Shown in pieces: positions 26,605-39,300 of a stretch of 64,000 nt of DNA. Made by a program: the position numbers and the translations under genes. The stretch is from Moniliella sp. 'wahieum'. Its lineage: Eukaryota. The notes beneath the pieces were generated by a model. That model saw nothing but the letters and a program-made list of their open reading frames with translations, was not told the DNA's origin and did no database searches. Within the stretch, counting starts at the first letter, position 1, and every line of letters starts with the position of its first letter. The DNA is taken from assembly GCA_003971905.1 (NCBI GenBank), contig RSEE01000008.1, forward strand, positions 1-64,000, read 5' to 3'.

Positions 26605-27508
26605 GGCGGTGGTGGTGGGGAGCGAGACTGGTTTGGGCGGCGGTCAGACGGCGGAATTTTAATTGGTCCGGCCATCCCCCATGTGTGGGATGCGCCTGAA
26701 CGACGCAGAGGAGCCGGATATCGATCGCGACGAATCGGCCGCGCCTCCGCCTTGTCGTCTCGGCCTAGCCGGCCAGCGGGGCTACTCGATACCACTTACC
26801 AGCCACTGGGTCGGCCTTGGGCAAGACACGACACCGCGGGGGTACCCAGCGAGGCGCAGCTCAGCAAGCTCCCGTGTTCGCGATGCGCAGCCCCGCCGCC
26901 GCTCAGCCGCCGCGTGCCGTCGCCGCGGCCCCGCCTGGCCAGCGCCCGCCCACGCCGCTCGACACTCCGACTCAGCTGGGCACACATGATGCGTGACAGG
27001 CATGGCGCAGGTCCCATCCTGCTCCTGGCACACCTGGCCGCTGCTCGGCCCTGCTCGGCATCGGAACTAGGAGAATGCTCATGCACTCAGTATCATGTCC
27101 GATGATGTCCGAAGCGCCGTGAACATTTCTTCTCCACTTCAAAACGCCTGTATGACCGAACAGCCCGCAGGCCATTCTGCGCTTCGTCCAGTATACCTAC
27201 ACTCCAGCCGGTCTCTTGTTTACTGTCTTCCAGCCTCCCAACCTCGTAGCAGCCGGGACACCAGCCATCCCCGCGGCTTTAATTCCTGATCCTCGTCGAT
27301 TGTCCATCTCTCCATCGTCCATCATAATCTCCATCGCCTTCGTCCATATAGTGACCCCCGGTGTACTACTGTTCTATCACGGTCCGAGGCGCACCATGGT
27401 CTCCAGTGCGCCCGAATCCCTCGAGGTGTAGGTGCCCCTTACTGATCTGCCGGACGGGCTTGGTCCGTTTCTTCTGTGGTCCAATATGAATGCAATGGGA
27501 GAAAAAAG

Positions 27509-27611
27509 TGCACTCCGGGATTCGAACCCGGGCAACAACTTATGCTAGCTCCTCGTGATGGAACCCCAATGGCATGGGAAAGTTGCATCTTAACCACTTG
27601 ATCACGAGTGC
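27509..27611 (-). tRNA. tRNA-Gly(CCC) with 33-nt intron (27542-27574)
   Basis: Minus strand: GCACTCG acceptor 5' strand, D-arm with AGTGGTTAA, anticodon stem CAACT/AGTTG with loop TT-CCC-A^A, T-arm CCGGG-TTCGAAT-CCCGG, downstream T6 pol III terminator. The 3' acceptor strand is 2 nt short. Confidence 0.85.
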
Positions 27612-28133
27612 TTGTGTGGCTTGCAGGATACAAAAGATATACAATGTCATCTACAACGTTTTGTCTCCTTCATTCATTTATGATCACCTGATGGGCCCAG
27701 ACCCATCGACCGAGCTGGGTCTGCGAGCTGGGGGGCAGACACTTGGCCACTGGCCTGCGCCACATCACACGCACGGAGGAGCAGCCGCCTCGAGTGGGAG
27801 GCAGCCAGAGGGAGCGGATCAGCGCGATCAGCGACCGGCGCTCAGCGGTCGATGACCGGTGATGGCGAGGCTTGCGGCCCAGGGGCAGTGCCGATCGGCA
27901 ACGTCCAACCCTACTGGCGGCTGGTGGGGCTCCTGCGGCCTGAAGCCTGCAGCCGAGGCAAGTCAAGCGCTGGCGCATTGCAACTTGAAACGTCGCGCGC
28001 TCTTCGCGAGGAGGCTCACGCTAACACCCGCCCGGCACCCGCGCCCACTTGCGCCCAGCTGGGCGGCTCTACTGGCCAGCGACCACCATCTCCTGCCCCT
28101 GCGTCTCTGTCGCCGCCTGGCGTGTCGCGCGCG

Positions 28134-29342
28134 ATGAGCACCAACGCCGAGAAGCGTCGCACCCGCTATACGTCCCAGAACCGCCGCCGCCTTCCCACGC
28201 TCGCCGAGGTCCTGGCCCGCCGCACTGCGCCCCCCGTCGACCTCTTCTGCCTCTACATCTACCTCCAGAGAGAAGACGCCGAGGATGCGCTCGACTTTTG
28301 GCTGGACGTGCAGCAGCACGAGAACCTGTGCAAGGCCTACTTTAAGGATCTCCGCAAGGCCGGCCGCAGCGTCCAGGACGAGTGGCCCGAGTTTTACGCC
28401 CTGGCCTGTGCGCACGGCTCCATCTACTCCCACCTCATCGGCGTCGACGCTGCCCCCCAGACCAGTGGCCTCCCTGTGCAGAGTCCGCACCCGCCCCCCG
28501 ATCACGCCATCTCATCTCCCGCATTGCCCGCTGCCACCGCGGCATCGCCCATGACGCATGCATCGTCTCTGCATGTCCCCCGTTCGTCAGGCCCCCGCTT
28601 TCCTGGAGACCCCGACTACCCGCTCCCGGGCATGTCCTCGCCACGACGATCCATGCTGGGTTTGTCGCTCAAACGCAATGCCCAAGCACCCACCGTCATT
28701 CCCCGTGAAGGTGCCATCACCCAGACTGACCTCATTGCCTCGGCGGAGCGCATCTACGCACGCTACCTCCTCCCCGGATCGGAGAAGGAGATTTACCTTC
28801 CTTCTCCCCTGCGTATCCTCTCCTTCCCCATCTCTGCCTCTACCCGCGCTGATGAGCAGAGCGAGGAGAGCCGCAAGGCTTTGGCTGGCATTCCAGATAT
28901 GTTTCATGCGCAGAAAGAATACGTGTTCCGCACCATGGAGGCCGATGTGTACAACTACTTTTTGCGCGCCAAGGCGTTTGGCAACCTGACACCTGCCTCG
29001 TCGCTGGTCCGATTGGTGGCGGGCTTGCTTGCGTTGTGGGCTGCGCTGGCTACCGGTTTCTCCTTCATTTTCCTTGATGTGGACCGGCAAAAACGGTGCT
29101 GGGTGATTCTCCCCTTCACCATCGCCATTCTTTGTCTCATCTCGCATCAGTACGAACTGGATCCACTGTTGCATCTTTGCTTCCACCGGTCCGAGACAAC
29201 GCCTTTCAAGTACATTCCGGTACGAGAAAAGTACATTGGCAGTTTGCTCACCCGCCGCTCCCTCGGAGTGCTTCTGATTGTCGCTTCGATCACTGCTGCG
29301 CTTTGTGTCCTGTTCATCTTTGTTCCGGGCAAACGGCTCTAA
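28134..29342 (+). CDS. RAX1: Rax1-like RGS-domain polarity/bud-site protein with C-terminal TM helices
   Basis: RLPTLAEVLARRTAPPVDLFCLYIYL, LDFWLDVQQHENLC, SAERIYARYLLPGSEKEIYLP, three hydrophobic segments, C-terminal VPGKRL; intact ORF. Confidence 0.88.
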   Translation: MSTNAEKRRTRYTSQNRRRLPTLAEVLARRTAPPVDLFCLYIYLQREDAEDALDFWLDVQQHENLCKAYFKDLRKAGRSVQDEWPEFYALACAHGSIYSHLIGVDAAPQTSGLPVQSPHPPPDHAISSPALPAATAASPMTHASSLHVPRSSGPRFPGDPDYPLPGMSSPRRSMLGLSLKRNAQAPTVIPREGAITQTDLIASAERIYARYLLPGSEKEIYLPSPLRILSFPISASTRADEQSEESRKALAGIPDMFHAQKEYVFRTMEADVYNYFLRAKAFGNLTPASSLVRLVAGLLALWAALATGFSFIFLDVDRQKRCWVILPFTIAILCLISHQYELDPLLHLCFHRSETTPFKYIPVREKYIGSLLTRRSLGVLLIVASITAALCVLFIFVPGKRL

Positions 29343-29593
29343 CCGCCACGTACCGTTCCTGCTCTCCCTGTTTCTCTCGCTCCCTCGGCTCCCCGCCTCC
29401 ACCTCCCTGCTGTGCCCATATTCGTTTGTTTCTGCTGGCCAGATGGACACATGCTGTATACCAGTTTTTTGTTCTTTTATCTACCGTGTGCCATCCTATC
29501 TAGGCCGCTTTGGGTACTGCAAGCATTGGTTGTTCATAGCCGGACTATAGTCGGACGGAGCTGATCCAACTCCACCAGTTGCCGATTGCCACT

Positions 29594-30854
29594 TTAGAGG
29601 CTTAGTTGGTGGGCCATCCCTTCTCCACCCAGCAGGCCAAGACCACCAAGGACGTTACGGTTGGACGTGTCGCACATCTCCATGCGCGTCTCCGTAGTGG
29701 CCGAACCAATATGGGGCAGGAGTAGGACCCGATCCTTGATCGTTTCATCCACCAGCAAAGGGTGATCGGCCGGAATGTTGGGTTCGCCCTCGATTACATC
29801 GAGCCCGGCCCCAGCAATATCGCCCTGCCGCAGAGCCTCGATCAGGTCCTGCGTGTTCACCAGCCCACCACGGGAAGAATTGATGAGGAACGCAGTGGGT
29901 TTCATGGCTTTCAACACGTCCTTGTGAATGATGTGCTTCGTCTGCGGGGTCAGGTTGGCCATGACAAACAGAATGTCCGACTGCCGTGCCAGCTCCAGTT
30001 CATCTGCCACGTTCTCCATGGCAATCTCGTCATAGGGAAAGGGGTGGGCTTGCGAGGCGCGCGTTGTTGTCCGGCTTGCGTGGCCGTGGGTGGGATGGCC
30101 CCGGGGAGGGTTGAGGTCGGACCATGTGGCAGAAATACGGGTCTTGGGGATCAAACTTCCGCGGACGGGAAGTAGTGAAGATAACCTTACCCACCTCGAA
30201 GGCTATATACGGCGAGAAGATGAATGCATCCCATGCTCTCATGTCAGCAACCACATCAATCTGTGCTACGAAGCACCAATTCGACGTACCAGGTAACTTG
30301 AGCGCAATCGTCTGTGCGATTGCGCCAAATCCAAGGAAGCCAATCGTCTTGCCGGCGAGGGTGGGACCGCACCAAGCTAACGGATACCACAAATTTGCGC
30401 CCCACGTCCCCGCCTCGACCGTCTTGGTCGCCGCATTCACCCGCCGCGTCACATCCAAGGCCAAAAGCAGTGTCAAGTCCGCCACTGCACCACTTAGCAC
30501 ATCCGGCGTGTAGCCCACTAGGATCTGCTCCTCCTTGGGGCGGGTCGCATTGACCTGTCGCACTGCAAGTCCAGGTGGTCGTACCCGGCGCTCATGGTCG
30601 CTAGCACGCGCAGCGTCGGCCGGCCGCTTGCAGCACCTCCAATCAACCCGATCGGTCATCATGACTTGCAAGGCGCTTGCCCCTGGCACGTGCTCGAGCA
30701 ACCAAGCACGGGAGACGGGGATGCTGACGTCGACCTCTTGCGTGCCTGGCTTGAGCGGCGCCCACTCTACCAGCTGCACCTCGCCAGCTTGGGCGGCGGA
30801 GGTGAGCCGCGTGCTGGGAAGCTTACGGGTGGACACAACTTTGGGAATGGGCAT
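29594..30854 (-). CDS. D-isomer-specific 2-hydroxyacid dehydrogenase (glyoxylate/hydroxypyruvate reductase-like)
   Basis: GYTPDVLSGAVAD, GFLGFGAIA Rossmann motif, MKPTAFLINSSRGGLV, AGLDVIEGEP, LLPHIGSAT. Intron ~30203-30288; frameshifts. Confidence 0.9.
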
Positions 30855-33800
30855 GGACGTGGCGTGAGCTTGCACGACAGCTCGGTGGGATGTGGTGGTA
30901 GGAAACGCGGTGGAAAGGGGCGACGTTGGTCGAGGTGACGCTGATCCCGACTTCTTGTACCAGGGCCGCCGGACAGCTTACTCGATATCAAACGGGCCAG
31001 CGAGCCCATAGCAGAAGCGAGCGACTAGACTAGTGATGCTGACGCTTCAAAGTTTGCAGCTGGGGATAATTAGTGATTGGCATTGATCAGCGATCAGCGG
31101 TCAGCGGTCGGTGACGGAATGATAACCCGCAAGTGACTCCACCTGGGCACAGCAGACGGACGGACATTTTGGCACCGATCACCCCATCCTCACAGTAGTA
31201 TACGTTCACCTGAGGCCTGGACGTTAACTCGGGGGCCGGTTATCGTTATCATTTGTTGTTTCTCGAAACGCGCATGTCGGTAAAACTCATCATTTGCTTT
31301 TGAGGTCCTCTTTTGCGATGGGCCCTCTCGTCGATTGCCGGGCACAGAGAGGTCCACTCCGGGTTCAAGGCCTGGGGACGATTCGCGTCCTCTATGGACG
31401 ACTCAGCTCCGAAGATGGCCCTAGAGACCCAGGCTTCTCTCACACCTGGGCCCCGGCCTGTTCCTGCAATCAACCTCGAGGAGCTGGGTGATGCTCGCAC
31501 AGTTCTGGAGCTTGTAGCCAGGGAACCGCCGTGAAACGACAAGTGCTACGAAGTGGAGAAGATCTGCCACAGAATAGGGTCCGTACCCAGTTTCGACGGG
31601 TGGCCATGTTGAAGGAGAAAAGGCCGGCCTTCACCGTCGTCCCCTTGTTTCCCCGGTCCCAGCACCCCCCCACACACTAAAAGACCCTAAGTACGTATCT
31701 CTCTCTCTCCCTCCTAACGCCCAGCCTCCCCTCCAATCCCTTCCCCTCTCCACCTCCTAACCTGGCGATTGTTCTTCTCTTCCTCTGGAACAGCTTTTGG
31801 AGGAGTAGAGATGTCCAAGATCCGTGAGGCCACGGGATACAGGGCCCACCCCCCAAGCCCAGCCTTGGTTATCTCGTCAGTTTCCGTCGCTGAGGGCCCT
31901 TAGCCGGTGTTTCTTGACGAGTTTGGAACGCAGGGCTGCTTGATATGCCGACCACACACGTTTGGAACAGGGCGCCTACCTTCACGAGTCCCATCTGATG
32001 TACTTATATGGGCATCCACCCAACCCTCAGCACGGTGGTATCTCACCCCAAATCGGAAGGATAGACAGAACAGGTCAACCAGGTTCTCTAGCCCGCTCCC
32101 CAATCCCGTGTATTTCGAATATGGTGCAGTCCCCCACAATTCCAGGAAGTCCTTGACGCTCGCACCAGGGATCGCGGCGAACGTATTGAGTACTACGTCC
32201 ATTTCAAGACCTACAATGCATCCACCACAGCGGGAAAATGCCGACCTGTCCCATAAGTCCGAACTTTTATGTTTTCCTCTCCCACGAACGATCTTTTGTC
32301 ATTCTCTCCGTGTCTGACAGTGGACCTTTGGTTGGTCTCCATCGCTTGCGACTGTTACAGGTGGGAAGGGGGGGGAGATAGTGGTAGCATGTGGATCAAT
32401 AATGAGATCAATGGGATGATGTGGAAGTTTGATATGTGCTGTGGTGGTAGATATGAGAGAGAGCCTCTCCTCCCCCCCGTCTTTCATTCATGTGCCAAGC
32501 AGACTATTACGCGTTACGTGTTAGGGGTGCACTCTCAACTTTATTGAGTAATACCACAAAAACTGTGGTTGGTTTCCCGACTCCGTGCCTGATGCCAGCA
32601 CACTGCACCTGTGCGGGTCCCCCAGTCATTAATAGTTGTGTGGCTGCAGGGCGAAACTAAATTTTTGGTTATGAGGGTCGTCTCTTTCTCTTATTAACCT
32701 CGGGCCGCTCATCTCCTGGGCGGAGAGCTGTGGTTTGGACGATGTGGATGTATTTTTTGCAGTACGGGTGGAGCGGCACTCGAGCCATCAAAGAGGGAAC
32801 ACATCATCGATCAATCGCAACAAAACGGGCGTGGTAGAGGGCTGCTACGCGCCACGCGCGATATGTTCATGATGCCAGCCAATCAGCCGCTGCCTCAGCG
32901 CTTGTCTCCCAGACCACTTTTATCGTAGCGGTCAAAAGCCAGCCCCCCGACGGCCACAACCTCGCCCAGGACGCCAGCTGTGCACACCACACGCCATTGA
33001 ATGTTGCTCGATGAGTCTAGGCCTCATCGCCCAGGCTGAGCTCCCAGCCAACAATAACACACTGTCCCAGTGCCGATACGCCGACTAGGGTCTAGTCACG
33101 CGCCCTCGCCATTTTAACTGAGGAGCGCTAAAGTATAGTTGCCAGGGAGGCGTGTACCACTTGATTTTTATTTTCTCGCGTGCCTCTCTATATATATCCC
33201 CCCAAGCCCTGTTGACTGCGCTCAATTACAAGCGCGCATCTCAACCAAGTCCCTCCCATCTGCACCCGCCTTCCATCGCGCTCCAGGTGCTGGCCATGTC
33301 TCCGTTGCGTCCCATATCCAGCCTTGGGCTCCAAAGCGCGCTGCCCCTGGCCCGGAAAACCGTAACAGCGCCCTTCCTTCTTCGGGTGCGTTGGCTGCCA
33401 ACCGACCATGAGCTAGCTAGCAATAATGACTGGCTCATCAGTGGGCGGCATGCCCCCCGCACTCTTTCGCAAAGTGCTACCGCCTGCTATCGGTCTTGCC
33501 CGCCCCGGTTGCGCTTGTTGCCCCTCCCAATCCAGTACATGAAGAGCACACGTACATCGCGCCTTCACTCGACGGAGAGATGCTGCCCTTTGACGGTGCT
33601 GTCCTGCCGCCACTCACCCACACTCGACTAACTCGCTGCCCGCCCCCAACCGAACTATCCGTTTGAACCATGCCATGCCATTTTCTCAACTGCTCAAACA
33701 ATCAGGCAAATCCCATTAGGACTGAGGGTGGAGATCAGAGGCCACAACCGTCATGCACGCAGACACGCAGTTGTCCGCACCCCCCTCCTTCCCTCCCTCC

Positions 33801-34992
33801 CATTCCCCATTACATCTTCACGACATGTCTCCGTCCCAAGCACTCCACGAACCTCTCTTCTCTTTGACTGTTCACTTCCCAAGTCTTATGCTCATCGTTT
33901 TTTGGACGAGAGTGCAAAGGCTGCTGCTTGTGTATACCCGAGAGGAACTTGGAGGAAATGTTTTTATCAATGAACTGATCTTCTATTCCCAAGCAAATCA
34001 TTTATACCTTGTTTTCCTTTTGTACTTTTGCTCGTCAGGATAGAGTTGCCAGACTTTCTAGAATAGACGCACTCCTGAGAGTCATGACGACGTTCGGGTA
34101 CTATATTATGCGACTAACAGACGTCCAGCAACAAGGCGTTTGACCACATTGGAAGGAAGTGACCGAAGAGCCTCATTGGCAATAGTTCGTCGCCCATATA
34201 TGTCTACTATGTTCATTTGCATCCACTCGCGCTACATCCGTCGGTTTAATAGAAGCGAATGGTGGGGGTCTATGGCCTGACCCGTTCCCGACCCAACTGG
34301 CCTCTTGATTGGATTGGCAGAGACGAGCGGGCAGCACACGAAACACGAGCGATATGGAGAATAGAGGGTGTGGGCCTCTCAATACCAACAACCCGTCCTG
34401 GAAAATGCATCAGATTAAGAGAGTCCGGTCGCACCACTCATACACACAGGTTTTGGTATAGCGTCTCTCAGAACAATAAAACATTGTCGATAGGGACACA
34501 TACAGACAATCCCCGCGCGCCCTCTGGTTCGCAACCTCATCCGTCACACAGATCATCTCTACCGCCCATGGCCCGAAACAGATCGAAGCCTGTGATATCG
34601 TGAAAGTGGTTTACAGCGCACTATGAGTTAGGCGTTTTTACTAACGGCCATGGCCCTTTTTCGATCCATCCCAACCTTATGGTCGATCCGCCCCTCATCA
34701 CTTTCACATTGTATTGGTTGGTTGTATCGGGAGGGGCTTTATAGCACCGCAATCCAAAAAATCCATAGAACGTAGTAATGTTGAACAGGCTTCACTACGT
34801 ATCGTGTGGAACATGTTCTTCCATTTTCAACAGCAAGCATATGTTTTGGCTTGAATGTGTGAATGCATACATGGGACTGATGGGTGCTGGACCAAAACAG
34901 GAAAAGAGACATGATCAAGCACGAATGTGTCCCAGTTTGGTGTTCAGCTTGAAATGGGAGAAAAGATTCCAACCATGAAAGGCTCTCCTCTC

Positions 34993-35498
34993 TCAGTGCT
35001 TTTCATTCTGGGCCTGTGCACTCGTTTCCTGTGCCAAAGTGTGAGGATCAGCATCGGAATCCTGAGCTTTGGAAACAGCCTCTGATTCCGTGGTAACAGA
35101 GTCCTCATAATCACCACCGAGGGAAGAGTCACTTCCGTAATGGTCCTCAGTTGCGTTCTTGACGGTGTCCCGAGCTAAATCATGCGGGTCGCGCTCCTTA
35201 TGATACAGCTCGGCGTGCACCGATTGTTCCGAGTCAGTAGGGGTGCCTAGACCCAACTGGTGACTTCCCTGAAATTTTACAAGTCTTCAGAGTTAGAACA
35301 CCTTGATACCAACGGCGATATATGGCAGCAAAGAGGCCACTGACTAATCTTGCGGGTGGCATATAGAATCACGGTCAAACGTACATGAAAGGAAGAAGCT
35401 TGGGGAAATCGAGTGCGGAGAACCGGGCCGGATTTTGGATGGGCGGCACCAGCGCGAACCAATCGGTGAAAGCAGGAGAAAATGAGAGCCTTCTGCAT
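34993..35498 (-). CDS. Small acidic, hydrophilic protein (~129 aa) with mitochondrial-presequence-like N-terminus
   Basis: Exon 1 35385-35498 (MQKALIFSCFHRLVRAG...SSFH). Phase-0 intron 35269-35384 (GTACGT...CTAAC...TTTCAG). Exon 2 34993-35268 is in frame and has an internal repeat SEQSVHAE..DPHDLARDT / SEAVSKAQ..DPHTLAQET. Confidence 0.65.
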
Positions 35499-37514
35499 GT
35501 TGCGCAAACGTGAAAGAGGAAATGAGTGGTCGCGTCACTGAGAGCGGAAGAGGCAATGGTGATAAAAGATCGAAGAGTGCTGGGGGGGCCTCACTGGCTT
35601 TTATATATTTTTACCATCTGTCATGCATACCACCCAACACTGACATTAGGCAGCAAAATGTATTGGATAGAGGGTTCTATGTCCGGGGAGGCCCGGCTAT
35701 TGCCCGTGGGCCCAACGCTCCTCGCAGGTATGGCAGGTTGCACGTCCCTCAGCGTGTGTCGTTATATGCGACGGCAGCCCTCTGTCATCTCCTTCCATGT
35801 TATACTAGTTTCTCTTTAGAGTATTGCTGTAGGGATATGAGATCATATGAGTTCATACGAGACGGACCAATCTCTCGGATTTTTCGAGTGTATCCGGCGC
35901 GGTGACGGTCAGACCTATGTCAGCGGTTCGTGAAGCACGCCATCGTCCCCTGTGGACCTAATGACGCGGGCAAGAGGGTCAGATCTATGGGGCATTGTCA
36001 TATGCCTCGCAGACCACTAGTACGGTTGTCATTTCTGCTCCCCTTTTAGAGCTCTAGTTTTTTCGCGATTGAGGATGCCACACTGATGTTGGACGTTTTG
36101 ATGCCTCATCATGCATCAGACATAATATGCCTCTGTGCTTTATATTGGGGAGAAGAAGGAAAGTTCTAGGATCTCGAAGATGATTGATGGACGATGATCG
36201 ATTTTGACCGATGAAGCTTGAAGAAGAGAGGATCGGGCGCGCGCCTAAAAGACACAGTGGATCAGCAAAATACGTCACAGATGTTTCAAGATATAAAATA
36301 CCTTCAAAAACGTCAGAGCATTTTGGTTGTGGCGACGCGCAAACCTGTCACGGCTGTAGGTCTGGTACGTCCTCGACGTCACCCTTGAACGTCAGAGACG
36401 TCGTTGACGTGTCCATGGGCGACGTATCTGACGAATCTGATCCTCCTATGCTCGCTCTCCCTGGGTTACTATTGGTGTTACATTTTATAGTGTTGTTGTT
36501 ACGGGGCGCTCCGGTTATCTCCGGACGCTGAGCCCCGCATGTCGTAGACATCTCAGCCCAACATGCGTCAGTCGGTTAGACTAGCGAGAGACAGTCGACA
36601 CCTTATCCTTGTCCGCGGCCCGCCATGGCCGCATGGGCTTATCGGTACGATGCTTTGTGCCTATTGAGTCCAGTCTTGTCAGAACCCTTCCTGCTGCGCC
36701 CGACTGCGCCGCGTCAGCACCTTGGGAAGCAAGGGCTGTGCATTAGTCTTCTTTACCTTTCTGGGAAGTGCCCTGCATTCTGTCTATACCTGTGATGAGG
36801 CACTTGATTCCTTCTGCTGTATATAAGCAGCCATGTCTAAGGCTTGCTAGCTGTGGTCCTTGTCGACCATCCTGTCTATTACTGTTGGTCTCCCCGACTA
36901 CCAGTTCCTCTCTCGCCCTTCCACCTTCTACCACCCTTACGCTTACGAATTTACGACTCACGTCGAGTGCACTGCAAGCCGCGGTTACTCACATCAGTAG
37001 CGCTTGCTCTTCTTTAGGACTCTGTCTGTTCCCGCCAGCTACAGCGTACCAAGTGTGGTAACGCTGCGAGGAACAGAGTAATTCCGACGGAGCTCCTGGA
37101 CCCCTTCTGCTGGTCTAACGACCTACGTACGCGGCTCCTACCTCGGAGGGTCTGGACTGCGGCCTTTGCACACAGGCAGCCACCCAAACTAGAGGGTCTC
37201 TCCATAGCCTCTACACCCGCTCGGTTCAACCAGGATCTGGAGCAGGACCTAACGTACGAAGAGCCACCGATTGATCTGTCCAAGGGTTTATACCCCTAAA
37301 CTAACAGGGGGGGGCCCGATGACAGTTGTGGACCCTGCGGTCCACCAGGCATGCCCAATATGGCGGTGCTTGTGGGGCTCTCGTGACACTCGACGCTGAA
37401 GAATCGGTCCTCCTTTACTACGGGATCGGTTGAGTCAGTGGGTACAACAAATACACCGCACCGTCCGAAGAAGAGGATTTCTCGGGTCGCGTGGCTCAGT
37501 GACTATTATATAAC

Positions 37515-37640
37515 CCTGGCGATCCCCCTGGTTCCTTGACCTTAGTGGCGCCCCCAAGTAACCCCCGCAAGATGAACGGTTAGGTTTAGACGTAGCGTCC
37601 CCCCTGTCCCAGCCTTAAACTCTGTCAATGAAATGGACGT
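37515..37640 (+). mobile_element. 5'-truncated 3' end of the CRE-like LINE (~125 bp)
   Basis: Closely matches 62767-62891, including CCAAGTAACCCCCGCAAGATGAACGGTTAGGTTTAGAC and CTCTGTCAATGAAATGGACGT. Confidence 0.8.
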
Positions 37641-38664
37641 GGTCGCGAAAGGGGCACAAAATGGCAACACATTCGGCCTACTGGGCCACAGCATCCAGCA
37701 CAGTTGGCCAAGGCCTATCTTCAACGAAGGAGGCGAACGGCTGTCCCGGTAGCGAGAAGGGCGTCAATGAGCGGGAGGGTTGGGAGCTATATGGCGAGCA
37801 AGTGCAAGTCTCTGTTGCGCCGTGCAACAACAAGGCAGCAGCACCTCTTGCGTCTTTCGCATTACGCTTCGCCGTCACGTGTCACTCGACATGCGCCACA
37901 TGCCACGTGTCACATGCCACTCGAGCACCTGGCTCACACAGCCGCAAGGCGGAAGTTAGAATCTGCTTTCGTTGTTCCGCTCCCGTATAATTCCGATGCC
38001 ATTTTCATTGGCAACTTCACACGCGCCGGGGCAAGGAGAAAAGCGCCACCACGATGTGAGCCGGCCTTGGATTGATACACCTTTCCGTAATGCCTAGCGC
38101 CTGAGGCTCAGGCTGAAGCTGCGCTGAAGCTTGAAGGTAACCCTACCAGCTAGGCCGGCTAAGCAGCCACGGCCGCGAGCGATGCTAGCCGTCTAACATC
38201 ATTCAAAAAGCAAATGTTTCTTGAGAGTCGAATCGTATCCTCGGTAGTCTTATAACGGGGCCAACAGATTGTCTGTCAAGAGATAGTAGGCTGGCACCTA
38301 TCGGCCTGACTCCCAGGTCTCGAGCCCTCAGTGCAGAGTACAGATGCAGCGGAGCTCACGTTATATAGCAGATCAGAAAGCCTACCGACATTGACGCTGC
38401 AAGCTCGACATTCTACTGTTGTTCCAAGCTCGGCCCACACCCAAGCAATGTTGCAGAAATGGCAAAGGCGCCAATTTTTGAACAGGCCAAAACCATGAAC
38501 ACGAACATGCTCAATTCCCTGTTGTGGCCAGAGAGGAAGGGACTCCACCATGCACAGGAAGAGGTAGAGGTGAATCAGAGCCCCAAGGGGCCTAATCACT
38601 CTACCCTACCACTCAAGACAAAGGGAGGGTGTACCACCGCTGAAATGGGTAGGAATAAGCCTGC

Positions 38665-38984
38665 TTACATCTTACGGCGGAAGGAGCAGCCCTCAGTCAG
38701 ACGAGCCTTGCCACCGGTAGGGGTAGCCAGGACCTGGGAGCAGGAGCCGCAAACAACAACCGTCTGCGCGTGGGAGAAGACGGTGGTGAGGGCAAAGCAC
38801 CCGGGGCACTTGATGTCCTGGAAGTACGAGCGGGGCTGCTGGACGAGCAGTTTCAGCTTGTGGGTACGGGCTTGCTGCTCGGCGCTGGGGTTGAGGAGGT
38901 CGACGGCCAGAGTCTGGGGGGAGACAGGACGTCAGTTAGGACGGGCTGTTCCGAGGCGCATGAGGAGAGAGCAGGACATACCAT
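38665..38984 (-). CDS. RPS27: 40S ribosomal protein S27 (eS27)
   Basis: Not in the ORF track. ATG-only exon 1 (38982-38984), intron 38914-38981 (GTATGT..CAG), exon 2 38665-38913. Product [83 protein letters not shown]. Confidence 0.97.
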
Positions 38985-39300
38985 CTTGGGCAGCTAGGCG
39001 AGAGTGTGCGTGGTGGGGGACGATGCGGGCGGCTTGGCAGGATGGGTCTGACGAGGGCGATTGGATGCATAGCTAGGGTTGCTGTAACCCGCCTGGGAGG
39101 GCTGCGTACAGCACGCCATAATTCAGTTCAGCAGTAGACCAGTGTACTGTCCTATTTATTACGCCACTCTCACTCGGAGCACATGCGATGCCGCAGTGGC
39201 ATAACCCTAGTCGTGTGCCTCGCGCTTCATTTGCCCACCAGAGTGAACGCACCCGAAAGCGTTTCCCGACACCTCTCCACACCAGCAAGAGATTTCACCA
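38985..39300. promoter_or_regulatory. Bidirectional RPS27/RPL19 promoter with inverted AACCCTAG (telo-box-like) motifs
   Basis: 316 bp between divergent ATGs; CTAGGGTT at 39073-39080 and AACCCTAG at 39203-39210. Confidence 0.6.

Noticed and set aside
27852..28133. N-terminal extension of the Rax1 ORF
   Set aside because: Recognisable similarity starts near the ATG at 28134; upstream sequence looks like a GC-rich promoter/UTR.
38459..39076. 205-aa plus-strand ORF
   Set aside because: Antisense shadow of RPS27.
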